NCBI GenBank assembly: GCA_965227515.1
Contig: CBDDFZ010000002.1
Coordinates: forward strand, 928,001 to 992,000
Source: Alphaproteobacteria bacterium
GTDB lineage: Bacteria > Pseudomonadota > Alphaproteobacteria > CALKHQ01
DNA: 64,000 nt
Direction: 5' to 3'
The translations under genes were made by a program, and so were the position numbers. Below the pieces are notes generated by a model. The model ran no database searches, had not been told where the DNA came from, and was given only the letters and a program-made list of their open reading frames with translations. Numbering within the stretch: the first letter of the stretch is position 1; each line of letters opens with the position of its first letter. Positions 38,580-48,056 of the stretch are shown in pieces.

Positions 38580-39800
38580 TCATGTCGCGGCGGTGTCGGT
38601 GCGGCGGGTTTCGGCGATGTAGTCGGCGCTTTGCATCTCGTTGAGGCGGCTGGACGTGCGCTTGAACTCGAATGCAAGCACCTTGCCACGATAGAGGTCG
38701 TAGGGCGGGGCATCGGCCGCCATCACCAGGTTGACGCGATACTCGTACAGGGTGTCGACCAGCGTCATGAACCGCTTGGTCTCGTCGTGGCGGTCGCTCG
38801 GCAGGCGCGGCACGCCGTCGACGATCACGGTGTGGAACGCTTCGCACACCGCGATGAAATCGGCGGTGCCGCGCGGCTCACGGCACAGGGTCGCATAGTC
38901 GAACCAGCCGACGCCCTTGGCCTGGCGCACGGTGGGCAGGGCGCGGCCGCCGACCTCCAGTTTACCACCGTTGGCTTCAGCCCTGGCCGCATCGGCCTCA
39001 TCGGTCAGGTCTGCGAACGTCTTGGCCAGCGCGGCGCTGGCGGCCGGGCCCAGCGGCGTGTGGTAGACCTTGGTGCCGATCAGGCGGGCGAGGCGGTAGT
39101 CCTTCGCGGCCTCGAGCTCCACCACGTCCAGGCGCTCCACCACCAGATCGATGAACGGCGTGAACTGCTCGCGCTGCAGCCCGTGCATGTAGAGGTCGTG
39201 CGGCGGCCAGTTGGACGTCGCCACCATGACCAGGCCATTGTTCAAGAGCGCGGTGAACAGGCGGGCCAGGATCATCGCGTCGGCGATGTCGGTGACATGG
39301 AACTCATCGAAGCACAGCAGCATGGTCTGGCCGGCGATGCGCTCGGCCAGCGGCGGGATCGGGTCGTCGGCGCGCCGGTTCTCGGCCTTGGCGGCCTGCC
39401 GCCAGGCGTGGATCGAGCGGTGCACCTCCAGCATGAAGGCGTGGAAGTGGACGCGCCGCTTTTTCTCCACCGGCGCGGTCTCGAAGAACAGGTCCATCAG
39501 CATCGACTTGCCGCGCCCGACGTCGCCCCAGATGTACAAGCCCCGCGGCGCATCGGCAGCCGGGGCGGGGTCGGGCGCGCCGCCGAACAGCCGGCTCAGA
39601 AATCCGCGCGGCTCCTCCCGTTCCGCCCCCAGGTTGCTGGCCAGAGCGTCGTGCAGCGATTGCAGCCGGTCGACGGCGGCGGCCTGTGCCGGATCGGGCG
39701 ACAGGGCCTCGGCGGCGATCAGCGCGTCGTAGCGCGGCCGGGGGCCATCCAGCGTGGAAGTGCGCGCGTCCATCAAGGGGAGGTTCGGTACCGCATTCAT
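38580..39800 (-). CDS. zapE: AFG1/ZapE family ATPase
   Basis: [52 protein letters not shown]. Confidence 0.93.
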   Translation of the reverse strand: MNAVPNLPLMDARTSTLDGPRPRYDALIAAEALSPDPAQAAAVDRLQSLHDALASNLGAEREEPRGFLSRLFGGAPDPAPAADAPRGLYIWGDVGRGKSMLMDLFFETAPVEKKRRVHFHAFMLEVHRSIHAWRQAAKAENRRADDPIPPLAERIAGQTMLLCFDEFHVTDIADAMILARLFTALLNNGLVMVATSNWPPHDLYMHGLQREQFTPFIDLVVERLDVVELEAAKDYRLARLIGTKVYHTPLGPAASAALAKTFADLTDEADAARAEANGGKLEVGGRALPTVRQAKGVGWFDYATLCREPRGTADFIAVCEAFHTVIVDGVPRLPSDRHDETKRFMTLVDTLYEYRVNLVMAADAPPYDLYRGKVLAFEFKRTSSRLNEMQSADYIAETRRTDTAAT

Positions 39801-39824
39801 GGGAAGTGTCTTGCCAGCGCGACA

Positions 39825-39993
39825 CTAGTGGAACGAATTTGACATTTGAATCCCCTCAGCGGCGAGACCGAGATCAAATGTCAAATTCAAGAGTTCCACT
39901 AGATAACGAGATGTAGCTAGTGGTTCGGATGACTCCAACGTTTGCTCACGGCGTGCTTGCATCGGGATGCAAACGTTGGAGTCGAACCACTAG
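39825..39993. repeat. two adjacent CTAG-bounded palindromic elements
   Basis: 39825-39902 ctagtggaac..gttccactag and 39917-39993 ctagtggttcg..cgaaccactag, each a long stem with a 4-nt bulge. Confidence 0.8.
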
Positions 39994-40067
39994 GAAACCG
40001 TTGACGGATCGTGCAAGGGGCGCGGTAGCATGACGGCACGACAACGCGAAATTGGGGACCTGGAAGG

Positions 40068-40763
40068 ATGCGCGGAAATCTTCTTGTCGGCGTGGCAACC
40101 GTGTTGGGACTGAGCCTGCTGGCGACAAATGTGCTGGCGCAGGCGCACCAGCGGCTTGCCCACTCGCAGCGGATTCAGGCCGCCCAGAGCGCGCTCAACG
40201 TGCTGGGGTACGACGCCGGGCCGGCTGACGGTTTCGCTGGGCCGCTGACCCGCGATGCCATCGTCGCATATCGCACCGACAATGGGCTGGGCGGCGACAA
40301 CGAGGTCAACAATGAGCTGCTGCAGTCGCTGATGGATGCCGTCACGCCCGTTATCGAAGAGCGGTTGGGCATGTCGCTCGAGGCCTATTGGGATATCGAT
40401 CTGAGCGGCTTGTCCGAGCCCGAGATGCAGGACCTGGCTGACCTTTATGGCGTGCCGCCGTTCGAGATGTGCGGCGAGACCTCGCCGTTCCGCTTCTACA
40501 TCGAGGGCAATGTCATGCGCGATGTGCGCTACGGCTTTCCCTTCGTGCTGGAGATCGAAGACGACGCCATTCTGCCGCTGGCAGTGCCTGGCGGCGAGGT
40601 GGAGGGTGAGTTCACCCGCTACGAGGTCGTGGACGCCGACACCCTGCGCCGGGCGATCGAAGGCACGGTCGAGTTGTGGCGCCGCTGCCCCGGACAGGAT
40701 ATCCCCGAAACTTCGGGCGAACCGGAGCAGGATGAGCCAAAAGACGATGGGGATGATGGGTAG
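40068..40763 (+). CDS. secreted protein with peptidoglycan-binding domain
   Basis: Signal peptide, AQSALNVLGYDAGPADGFAGPLTRDAI. Confidence 0.82.
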   Translation: MRGNLLVGVATVLGLSLLATNVLAQAHQRLAHSQRIQAAQSALNVLGYDAGPADGFAGPLTRDAIVAYRTDNGLGGDNEVNNELLQSLMDAVTPVIEERLGMSLEAYWDIDLSGLSEPEMQDLADLYGVPPFEMCGETSPFRFYIEGNVMRDVRYGFPFVLEIEDDAILPLAVPGGEVEGEFTRYEVVDADTLRRAIEGTVELWRRCPGQDIPETSGEPEQDEPKDDGDDG

Positions 40764-40788
40764 GACATACGACCCGCCACACAGATCT

Positions 40789-41175
40789 GTCATCCTCGGG
40801 CTTGTCCCGAGGATCCATTTTTGTCCGATACGCCAATAGGTTATGCGCATTCACTCGGTGATGGGGCATTGTCTTGAATGACGTTGCATCGATAGCGAGC
40901 ATGTACTGGACGTAGTGAGCCTTGCATTCGCATGGGCCCTCGGCACAAGGCCGAGGGCGACAAATCTTTCTTTTGCTGGGGCTGAGCAATTCGGCGCACC
41001 AAAAGAGCCCTCCCCCGCGTGCGTGGGGGAGGGCTTATGACCGGGCGATTGCGGCGTTGGTCGCCCGGTCATATCTGTGATGCGCTGTCGCTTCTCATTC
41101 AAGTCTGCGCCAGCCCTCTCCCCCACCCGGCCGCCCACGAAAGTATCCTGCTGGGTGGCCGGGTGGGGGAGAGGG
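40789..41175. repeat. cluster of two REP-like families
   Basis: gtcatcctcgggcttgtcccgaggatcc / gggccctcggcacaaggccgagggcgac, plus gccctcccccgc..gtgggggagggc and ccctctccccacccggcc..ggccgggtgggggagaggg hairpins. Confidence 0.75.
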
Positions 41176-41202
41176 CCGGTGCCGACTTCAGCGCAAGCTG
41201 AT

Positions 41203-41544
41203 CTACTCAATCACCAGCGTGTCGTTGGCGCAGAAGTCGAAGCCGTAGCCGTCGAGCTCGGAGCCGTCGGCCCAGACAACCAGCACGTCGTAGATGCAGT
41301 GGTCGCCGTTGGAGGTCAGCTCGAAGACGCCGCCGGCCGGCAGGATGTCGTTGCCCAGCACGTCGTCGCCCCAGGTGTCGGCGTAGTCCGGCGAGATGTA
41401 GACATAGTGGATGTCGATGCCGCTCGCGTTCTCCAGGGCCAGATTCGAAGCGGCCTGGGCGGCGGTGGCGGCGGCGAGCACGCCGGCGGCGGCGATGGTG
41501 CCAATGACAGTGCGGGTGGCGGTGTTGCGGATGGTCTTGAACAT
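41203..41544 (-). CDS. small secreted hypothetical protein
   Basis: Signal peptide AQA; N.SG..I..VYISP....WGDDVLG, C.YDV..VW.DG, FDFC. Confidence 0.75.
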   Translation of the reverse strand: MFKTIRNTATRTVIGTIAAAGVLAAATAAQAASNLALENASGIDIHYVYISPDYADTWGDDVLGNDILPAGGVFELTSNGDHCIYDVLVVWADGSELDGYGFDFCANDTLVIE

Positions 41545-41730
41545 TGTCGGTGCTCCCGTTTTCCAAATGGCTGCGGGCTGTTTGCCCTGCCGATGAGTTG
41601 GATTTGGGAACCCCGGTCACTCCTACCTGTGAACCATATCACCGCCGCCGCGATTTCCGGTGAACCTGACAAAGAAACGGCCCGCCCCGGATAACCGGAG
41701 CGGGCCGCGCAGTTCACGCTGATGCGTGGA

Positions 41731-43581
41731 TCAGTAGCCGATGGTCAGGCCCAGCATGGCCGGGATCTGGCTCGGGTCGGCTGCATTGTTGATGTCGGCC
41801 AGGGTCAGCGGCTCCGGCGGATTGACCACGATGCCGATGGCGCCCTGCGGGTCCTGATAGTCCTCAAGGAATTCGCCCAGCGCGTCGAAGGCGGAGGACG
41901 CCAGCGGGTCGCCGGCGAACATGCCTTGCATCAGCTCCATCTGCGCGAACAGGCCTTCCATCAGTTGCTCTTCGCTCAGGCCCTCCTCGGCGGCCGCAAA
42001 CGCGATCGCGCGCTGCATCATGCCGAGATCCTGATAGCTGAGCGCACCGCTCTGGATGGTGGCGTTGGCCAGCGCCTCCGGGCCCATCATGGCCATGCCC
42101 ATGATCTCGTTCAGGCCGACATTGCCCAGCTCGAAGGTGAGGGTGAGCTGAAACAGGTCCTCCATCTCCATGGTCACGCCATTCAGCGTGAAGGTGTTCG
42201 ACGCCTGGTCGAGCGCATAGTCGATGAAGATGTTGGTGATGACCTCTTCCATGCCGACCATCGCATAGAAGTCGGCATCCAGCTCCTCGGTCGGCATGGC
42301 AATGCCCTGCGCCGCGAGTTGCAGGTAGGTCGGCGGGCCGCCGGCCTGGATCGACGGCATGTCGATGGACGACACCGACAGCATCTCCATCGCCAGCGGC
42401 TCGTCGCCCGGATCGGGCTGGAACACCACGCCGGACAGGATGAAGCTTTCCGCGTCGTCGGCCAGGATGGCGTCATAGGTCAGCGGCTGGTGGCCATCCG
42501 GGCTGGTCGGCATCAGCGCCAGCAGGCTGGCGAAGGCGCCGTCGCCGGTGGCCGGCGGGGAGGCTTCCGCCTCTTCCATCACCTCTTCAGCCGGCATGTC
42601 GGCATCGGCCTCGACCGACGCTTGTTCTTCGACATCGGCATCGTCAGCGTCGGAACGGTCGAACAGGCCGCCGTCCTCGCCGCTGCCACCGCCACCGGCA
42701 TAGCCGACGGCCAGGCCCAGCATCGCCGGGATGGCGGTCGGATCGGGGGAGCCGGCCAACTGTGCCAGCGAGACCGGCGCGTCAGGGTTGGCGGTGATCG
42801 TCATCGGGCCCTGCGGCGCGGCGTAGTCGCTCAGGAAGCCGACGAATGCCTCAAGCGCGGCCGCAGCGGTCGGATCGCTGCCGAACATCATCTGCATGCC
42901 CTGGATATCGCCCAGGACCTCGGTCTGCACGAACTCCTCGATGGAGACGCCTTCCTCGGCGGCGGCCGCGTTGAACACGGTCTCCAGGAAGCCGTTATCG
43001 TCCAGCGCGATATTCAGATAGGAGATCGACGTGTCGGTCAGCGCCTCGGGGCCCATGAACATGGCCGCGGCAATCGACTCGACCGACAGGTTCTCCAGGT
43101 CGGCGCTCGCCGAGATGGTGCCCAGGTCGTTGATGCCAAGCGAGAAGTGGTTGAGGCTGAAGTCGCCGCTGGCCGGATCCAGCACATAGTCGATGGCAAG
43201 ATCGAACCAGATCTCCTCGCCGAACACCTCGATCATGTCGCCGTCGAGCTGCTCGGGGGGCATCACGGCGTGGTCGATCTCGATCGACAGGAATTGCGGC
43301 GCGCCGGTCACCAAGCCTTCCAGGTCGATGGCCTCGACCGCCAGGCGGTCGATTTCCATGACGCCGTCGCCGGGATCCGGCTCGAAATGCACGCCCTCGA
43401 TCACGAACCCATCGGCATCGTCGCTGATGAGCAGGTCGTATGTGAGCGCATTGGCCGGCGCACCGGACTGCTCCATCAGCATTTCGAGCTGATCCAGGGC
43501 AGATTGGGCCTGTGCGGCGGCGCTGAAGCCAGCCAGGGCGACAACGGCAGTGGCCGTCGTGGACAGGAATTTGCTTCTCAT
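41731..43581 (-). CDS. acidic secreted protein with two copies of an approximately 265-aa domain
   Basis: GAGGAG RBS, signal peptide; duplicated LTYD..I.DDA..F...GV.F.PDPGD and P..P..LA.....DP..IPAMLGL..GY. Confidence 0.75.
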   Translation of the reverse strand: MRSKFLSTTATAVVALAGFSAAAQAQSALDQLEMLMEQSGAPANALTYDLLISDDADGFVIEGVHFEPDPGDGVMEIDRLAVEAIDLEGLVTGAPQFLSIEIDHAVMPPEQLDGDMIEVFGEEIWFDLAIDYVLDPASGDFSLNHFSLGINDLGTISASADLENLSVESIAAAMFMGPEALTDTSISYLNIALDDNGFLETVFNAAAAEEGVSIEEFVQTEVLGDIQGMQMMFGSDPTAAAALEAFVGFLSDYAAPQGPMTITANPDAPVSLAQLAGSPDPTAIPAMLGLAVGYAGGGGSGEDGGLFDRSDADDADVEEQASVEADADMPAEEVMEEAEASPPATGDGAFASLLALMPTSPDGHQPLTYDAILADDAESFILSGVVFQPDPGDEPLAMEMLSVSSIDMPSIQAGGPPTYLQLAAQGIAMPTEELDADFYAMVGMEEVITNIFIDYALDQASNTFTLNGVTMEMEDLFQLTLTFELGNVGLNEIMGMAMMGPEALANATIQSGALSYQDLGMMQRAIAFAAAEEGLSEEQLMEGLFAQMELMQGMFAGDPLASSAFDALGEFLEDYQDPQGAIGIVVNPPEPLTLADINNAADPSQIPAMLGLTIGY

Positions 43582-43917
43582 ATGCTCCTCATCACTGATG
43601 CGCGACCCGGTGTGCCCCGGGAAATCCCACGCGGACATACCATGCGCGCCTGCAAAAAACACGCACACCGTGGCGTGGTGGCGTGTTCGAATTGGCTGTC
43701 ACGTCCGGGCCGTCGGCGGCCGGTCGCAGTGGCGAGGCTCCGTCCTATACTGCCGGCCTGACATAGGGGACCAGCCGAAACAGCGTCCGGAACCTGTGTT
43801 TGCCCCCTCCCACGTTCGCGCATCAGGGAGCAGGAAGTACCCTACGACCGAATTGTGGCAGAGGCCAGACCGGCGCGTGAAGGATTGATGGCGGCTGCGG
43901 CGTATTCCCCCGCCGGC

Positions 43918-44832
43918 CTACTCCGCAGGGCACAGCGTGCCGGGGCCGGGGTCATAGTCGCTGGCCAGTCCAAGCATCTCGAAAACGGCGTTGGGATTCT
44001 CCGCCTCAAAGACCTCGATCAGTCGCACCGGGGACGGCGGCGCGAAAATGATCGTCAGGGGGCCTTGCGGCGCGTCGGCGTCGCACAGGAATGCTTCCAG
44101 ATGGTCGATCGCGTTGGCGGCGTTGGAGCCCGGCTCGAACATCGGGCCGATGCCGCGAAGGTCGGCCAGCACCTCGCCCGCCACGAATTCCTCGGTGGTC
44201 ATGCCCTCGTCCCGGGCGACGGTCGCGAAGAACGTGAGCAGGAAGCCGTTGTCATCGAGGGTCAGCTCGCTCGGCCCCAGGGCGTCGGGTTCGCCGATGC
44301 CCGATGTGCCGAGCACGATGAAACCCACGAGCTGAAGCGGGTTGAAGTCTCCCATCATCTGCACTGAAACGAGGTCGTTCATGCCGAGATACAGGTTGCT
44401 CGGCGCGGCTTCGCCGCCGTCCTCCTCCGGGACGTGGGATATCGCAAAGTCGAGCCAGATCTCATCGCCGAAGGCGTCGGTGAATGCGTCGTCCATGCTG
44501 TCCGGCGGAGGGACGATGCGTATCATCTCCATCGCTATGAAGGTCGGCATCTGGCCGGCGACGATGCTGTCGAAGTCCAGTGCCTCGACCTCGACCCGGG
44601 CGATCTCGAACGCGCCCACATCGGGCTCGGGCATCAGGTCCACCCCTTCCAGGGCGAAACTGTCCGTGTCGTCATGGGTGATCGCTTCGTAGGCGAGGAC
44701 CGGCGTCTCGGGCGCCAATTCCAAGAGCCACTGCTCGATTCGCTCAAGCAAGGTCTGCTCCTGCGCGGCAGCGGGAACGGACGAAATGCCGGCCAGCGCC
44801 GCCGCTGCGAAGAGGGTGCGTCGGGTTGTCAT
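43918..44832 (-). CDS. single-domain paralogue of 41731-43581 with a Tat-like signal
   Basis: TRRTLF signal; FGDEIWLDFAI, LDDNGFL, EEFV..EVL.D, PQGP.TI shared with the neighbour. Confidence 0.75.
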   Translation of the reverse strand: MTTRRTLFAAAALAGISSVPAAAQEQTLLERIEQWLLELAPETPVLAYEAITHDDTDSFALEGVDLMPEPDVGAFEIARVEVEALDFDSIVAGQMPTFIAMEMIRIVPPPDSMDDAFTDAFGDEIWLDFAISHVPEEDGGEAAPSNLYLGMNDLVSVQMMGDFNPLQLVGFIVLGTSGIGEPDALGPSELTLDDNGFLLTFFATVARDEGMTTEEFVAGEVLADLRGIGPMFEPGSNAANAIDHLEAFLCDADAPQGPLTIIFAPPSPVRLIEVFEAENPNAVFEMLGLASDYDPGPGTLCPAE

Positions 44833-44879
44833 GGATCGCTCCTGCTGGTCTGCGTTGGCTGGCTGCTGGTGCCGGCCCG

Positions 44880-46088
44880 TCACCCGGCCGCTGCGGTATT
44901 GGCGTGGTGGGCCAGCCGTTCCGCGGCGTCCCACGCCTCAACGAAACGGTTGTAGAGCGGCGCGAACCCGAAGCGCAGGGTGTGCGGCGGGCGGAAGTCG
45001 CCGATGACGCCTTCCTCGATCAGCTTGGGCATGATGTCGGACGCGCGCGGGTGGCTGAAGCAGACCTGGCTGCTGCGCCTGGCCGGGTCGCGCGGGGCGC
45101 TGAGCTCGAACCCGGCGTCCGGCGCCAGTTGCTCCACCGCCTCGATGAACGTGGATGTCAACGCCTGCGACTTGGCGCGCAGGGCGTCCATGTCGGCCTC
45201 CAGGGTCACGTCGACGCCGCACTCCAGCGCGGCCATCCCCAGGATGACCGGCGTGCCGCATTGGAAGCGGTCGATGCCGGCGCCGGGCCGGTAGTCGCTG
45301 GCGAAATCGAACGGCGAGGCGTGGCCCAGCCAGCCGGAAAGCGGTTGGCTGACCGCCTCCTGATGGCGTTCGGCGACGTAGACGAAGGCCGGTCCGCCCG
45401 GCCCGCCGTTGAGGAACTTGTACCCACAGCCGACCGCGAAGTCGGCACGTGCCTCGTCGAGCGGCACCGGCAGCGCGCCGACACTGTGGGCGGCGTCCCA
45501 GATCGTCAGGCACCCGTGCGCGTGCGCCTGTGCGGTGACGGTGGCCATGTCGAGCACGTCGCTGTCGCGGTAGTGCGCGTGGTTGAGCAGGCCGACGGCC
45601 ACGTCGTCGTCGAATCCGTCCGCAATCTCGCCGCGCGGCCGGGCGCGAATCTCGCAACGCTCGGCACCCATCAGCTCGGCCAAACCGTGCAGGATGTAGC
45701 CGTCGGTGGGGAAGATCGCCTCTTCCACCAGCACCACGCGGCGGTCAGGCCGCAGGCCCATGGCGGCGGCCAGCACCTTGAAGATGTTCACCGACGTGCT
45801 GTCGCAGACCACGGTCTGGCCTGGCGCGGCGCCGATCAGGCGGCCCAGCTTGTCGCCGACCCGGCGCGGCATCTCCACCCAGCCGGCCTTCCACCAGCTC
45901 TGGATCAGGTCCTGCGCCCATTCCTTCTCGACCAGGTGCTGCAATCGGCCGGTGGTCGCTTTCGGCAACGGACCCAGCGAATTGCCGTCCAGGTAGATCA
46001 CGCCCTCCGGCAGCACGAAGCGATCGCGGAAATGGGCGAGCGGATCGGCATCGTCGCGGGCAAGGCAGGCGGCTCGGTCGAGGGTCAT
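44880..46088 (-). CDS. kynU: kynureninase
   Basis: DAADP-like N-terminus, IYLDGNSLG, WDAAHSVGA, GCGYKFLNGGPG, GVIGDFR.P..LRFG.APLY. Confidence 0.93.
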   Translation of the reverse strand: MTLDRAACLARDDADPLAHFRDRFVLPEGVIYLDGNSLGPLPKATTGRLQHLVEKEWAQDLIQSWWKAGWVEMPRRVGDKLGRLIGAAPGQTVVCDSTSVNIFKVLAAAMGLRPDRRVVLVEEAIFPTDGYILHGLAELMGAERCEIRARPRGEIADGFDDDVAVGLLNHAHYRDSDVLDMATVTAQAHAHGCLTIWDAAHSVGALPVPLDEARADFAVGCGYKFLNGGPGGPAFVYVAERHQEAVSQPLSGWLGHASPFDFASDYRPGAGIDRFQCGTPVILGMAALECGVDVTLEADMDALRAKSQALTSTFIEAVEQLAPDAGFELSAPRDPARRSSQVCFSHPRASDIMPKLIEEGVIGDFRPPHTLRFGFAPLYNRFVEAWDAAERLAHHANTAAAG

Positions 46089-46272
46089 GGCTGGGTCCGG
46101 GTCAGGAAAATCGCGCCGCATGCTGTAGCCCGAAACGCACCGCATGGAAACCGGCCACTAAGCCGCGCGGCACCGACTGGCCATATTCTCGCCACAGGAA
46201 TGAACCAATTGGCCGCGCGCCGCGACCCCCTAGGTAAGACCCGGTTCTCGGGCCAGCGACAGGGGACGAGAA

Positions 46273-48030
46273 ATGGCCTGCAACACTTGCACACTCGATA
46301 CGAGCTTCGATTACATCCTGATCCAGATTGAGCAGGAGTTCGGGCGCGACCCCTTTGCCGTTTTCGCCGATATGGAGTCTGCCGCCGGCCTGGCACTCGT
46401 GCATCCCGATGTCCTGGTCAGCGCCGCGCGCGATGGCGACAAGAGCGACGACCGCGACAAGAACGACGACGGCGATCTGAAGGTCGCACTGGCCGATCCC
46501 AAGTTGACGACCGCGAGGGACGACAGGGATGCCTTCGACGACGATGACGCGAAGCTGGCCGGCGGCACCAACGACCAAGACGACGGTCCTGGCCCCGGCG
46601 ACCAGGTGCCCGTGGGCGGCGACGGCGACGGCGAGGTCAACTGGGACCTGGCCCACATGGCGCACATCGCCCCAATGATCGTGCACGGCCCGCTGGACGA
46701 ATTCTGGGTCGGCAACTACGGCGACGAGGACATCAACGCCTACTTCACCAGCAACCTGATCCTGGCGCTGTGGGGCGACGACACAATCGGCGGCACCGCC
46801 GGCAAGGACGTCATCTACAGCAGCATCGCGCCCGGCATGGCCCCAGGCGTCATCGGCGATGCAGACACGGTCTATGCAGGCGCCGGCGACGACCTCGTCT
46901 TTGCCGGCGACGACGACGATATCGTCTACGGCAACGACGGCAATGACGACCTGTATGGCGGCGACGGCGACGATACGCTGGACGGCGGCGACCACGCCGA
47001 CAGCCTGTTCGGCGGCGACGGGGTGGATGACCTGTACGGCGGCGCCCACAACGACGCCATTTGGGGCGGTGACGGCAATGACGACATGGGCGGCGGTACC
47101 GGTCAGGACCGGCTCTATGGCGAGGACGGCGCCGATGTGATGTTCGGCCACGACCATAGCGATCTGCTGTTTGGCGGTGACGGCGGGGACAAGCTGTATG
47201 GCGGGGCCGACGGCGACCTGTTGGCCGGCGATCAGGGCATCGACACCATCGAGGGTGGCAGCGGCGACGACATCATCTTCGGCGGCGGCCTGTTCGAACC
47301 GATCGAGACGACCCTGACTCCGCCGCCGCCCGATGCCTCGGCCGACCACCTGTATGGCGACAGCGGCGATGACACCGCGTTCGGCGATGGCGGCAACGAC
47401 TGGATCTATGGCGGCGACAACAATGACATGCTGAGTGGCGGCGATGGCGACGACCACTTGTTTGGCGAGGCCGGCGATGACGTGCTGTTCGGCGGGGCCG
47501 ACAATGACCAACTGGTCGGCGGCGCCGGCAACGACACGATGGCCGGGGACCAGGTCTACGGCTACGTCGACGAGGACTTGAACGGCCTGGCGTTCGGCTA
47601 CGGTGACCCCGGCGACGACCATCTGACCGGCGGCCTAGGCGATGACTGGCTGATCGGCGGCGTCGGCCAGGACAATCTCTATGGCGAAGAGGACAATGAC
47701 GTGCTCGTCGGCTGGGGCGACGGCGACTACCTGCACGGTGGCGAGGGCGTCGACTTCTTCCTGAGTGTCAGGCACTCCAGTTCGCTGATTTCGGCCAATC
47801 CCACCATCGGCGACGGCTACGATCTGGTGGCCGACTATACGGCCGGCGAGGACTACGTGGTCGGTGACGCCTATTGGACCGATGGCACGCACACTTACGT
47901 CACCATTGAGGACGACACGGTGCTGATGCTGATCGGCTTCAATGCCAATCTCGCTGCGGTCAGCCTGATCGACCCGGACTCGCTTCCTCCGAGCTTCGTC
48001 CCGGGCCATGACCTGCCTGATTTCGTATAG
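46273..48030 (+). CDS. RTX (hemolysin-type Ca-binding repeat) protein
   Basis: Many GGxGxDxLx nonapeptides; no N-terminal signal peptide; D...DY..GED C-terminal pattern. Confidence 0.88.
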   Translation: MACNTCTLDTSFDYILIQIEQEFGRDPFAVFADMESAAGLALVHPDVLVSAARDGDKSDDRDKNDDGDLKVALADPKLTTARDDRDAFDDDDAKLAGGTNDQDDGPGPGDQVPVGGDGDGEVNWDLAHMAHIAPMIVHGPLDEFWVGNYGDEDINAYFTSNLILALWGDDTIGGTAGKDVIYSSIAPGMAPGVIGDADTVYAGAGDDLVFAGDDDDIVYGNDGNDDLYGGDGDDTLDGGDHADSLFGGDGVDDLYGGAHNDAIWGGDGNDDMGGGTGQDRLYGEDGADVMFGHDHSDLLFGGDGGDKLYGGADGDLLAGDQGIDTIEGGSGDDIIFGGGLFEPIETTLTPPPPDASADHLYGDSGDDTAFGDGGNDWIYGGDNNDMLSGGDGDDHLFGEAGDDVLFGGADNDQLVGGAGNDTMAGDQVYGYVDEDLNGLAFGYGDPGDDHLTGGLGDDWLIGGVGQDNLYGEEDNDVLVGWGDGDYLHGGEGVDFFLSVRHSSSLISANPTIGDGYDLVADYTAGEDYVVGDAYWTDGTHTYVTIEDDTVLMLIGFNANLAAVSLIDPDSLPPSFVPGHDLPDFV

Positions 48031-48056
48031 ACGGGAGCTACCTGATCCATCCGTGC

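Noticed and set aside
46860-47750. 27-bp periodic DNA repeats
   Set aside because: Explained by RTX nonapeptide coding.
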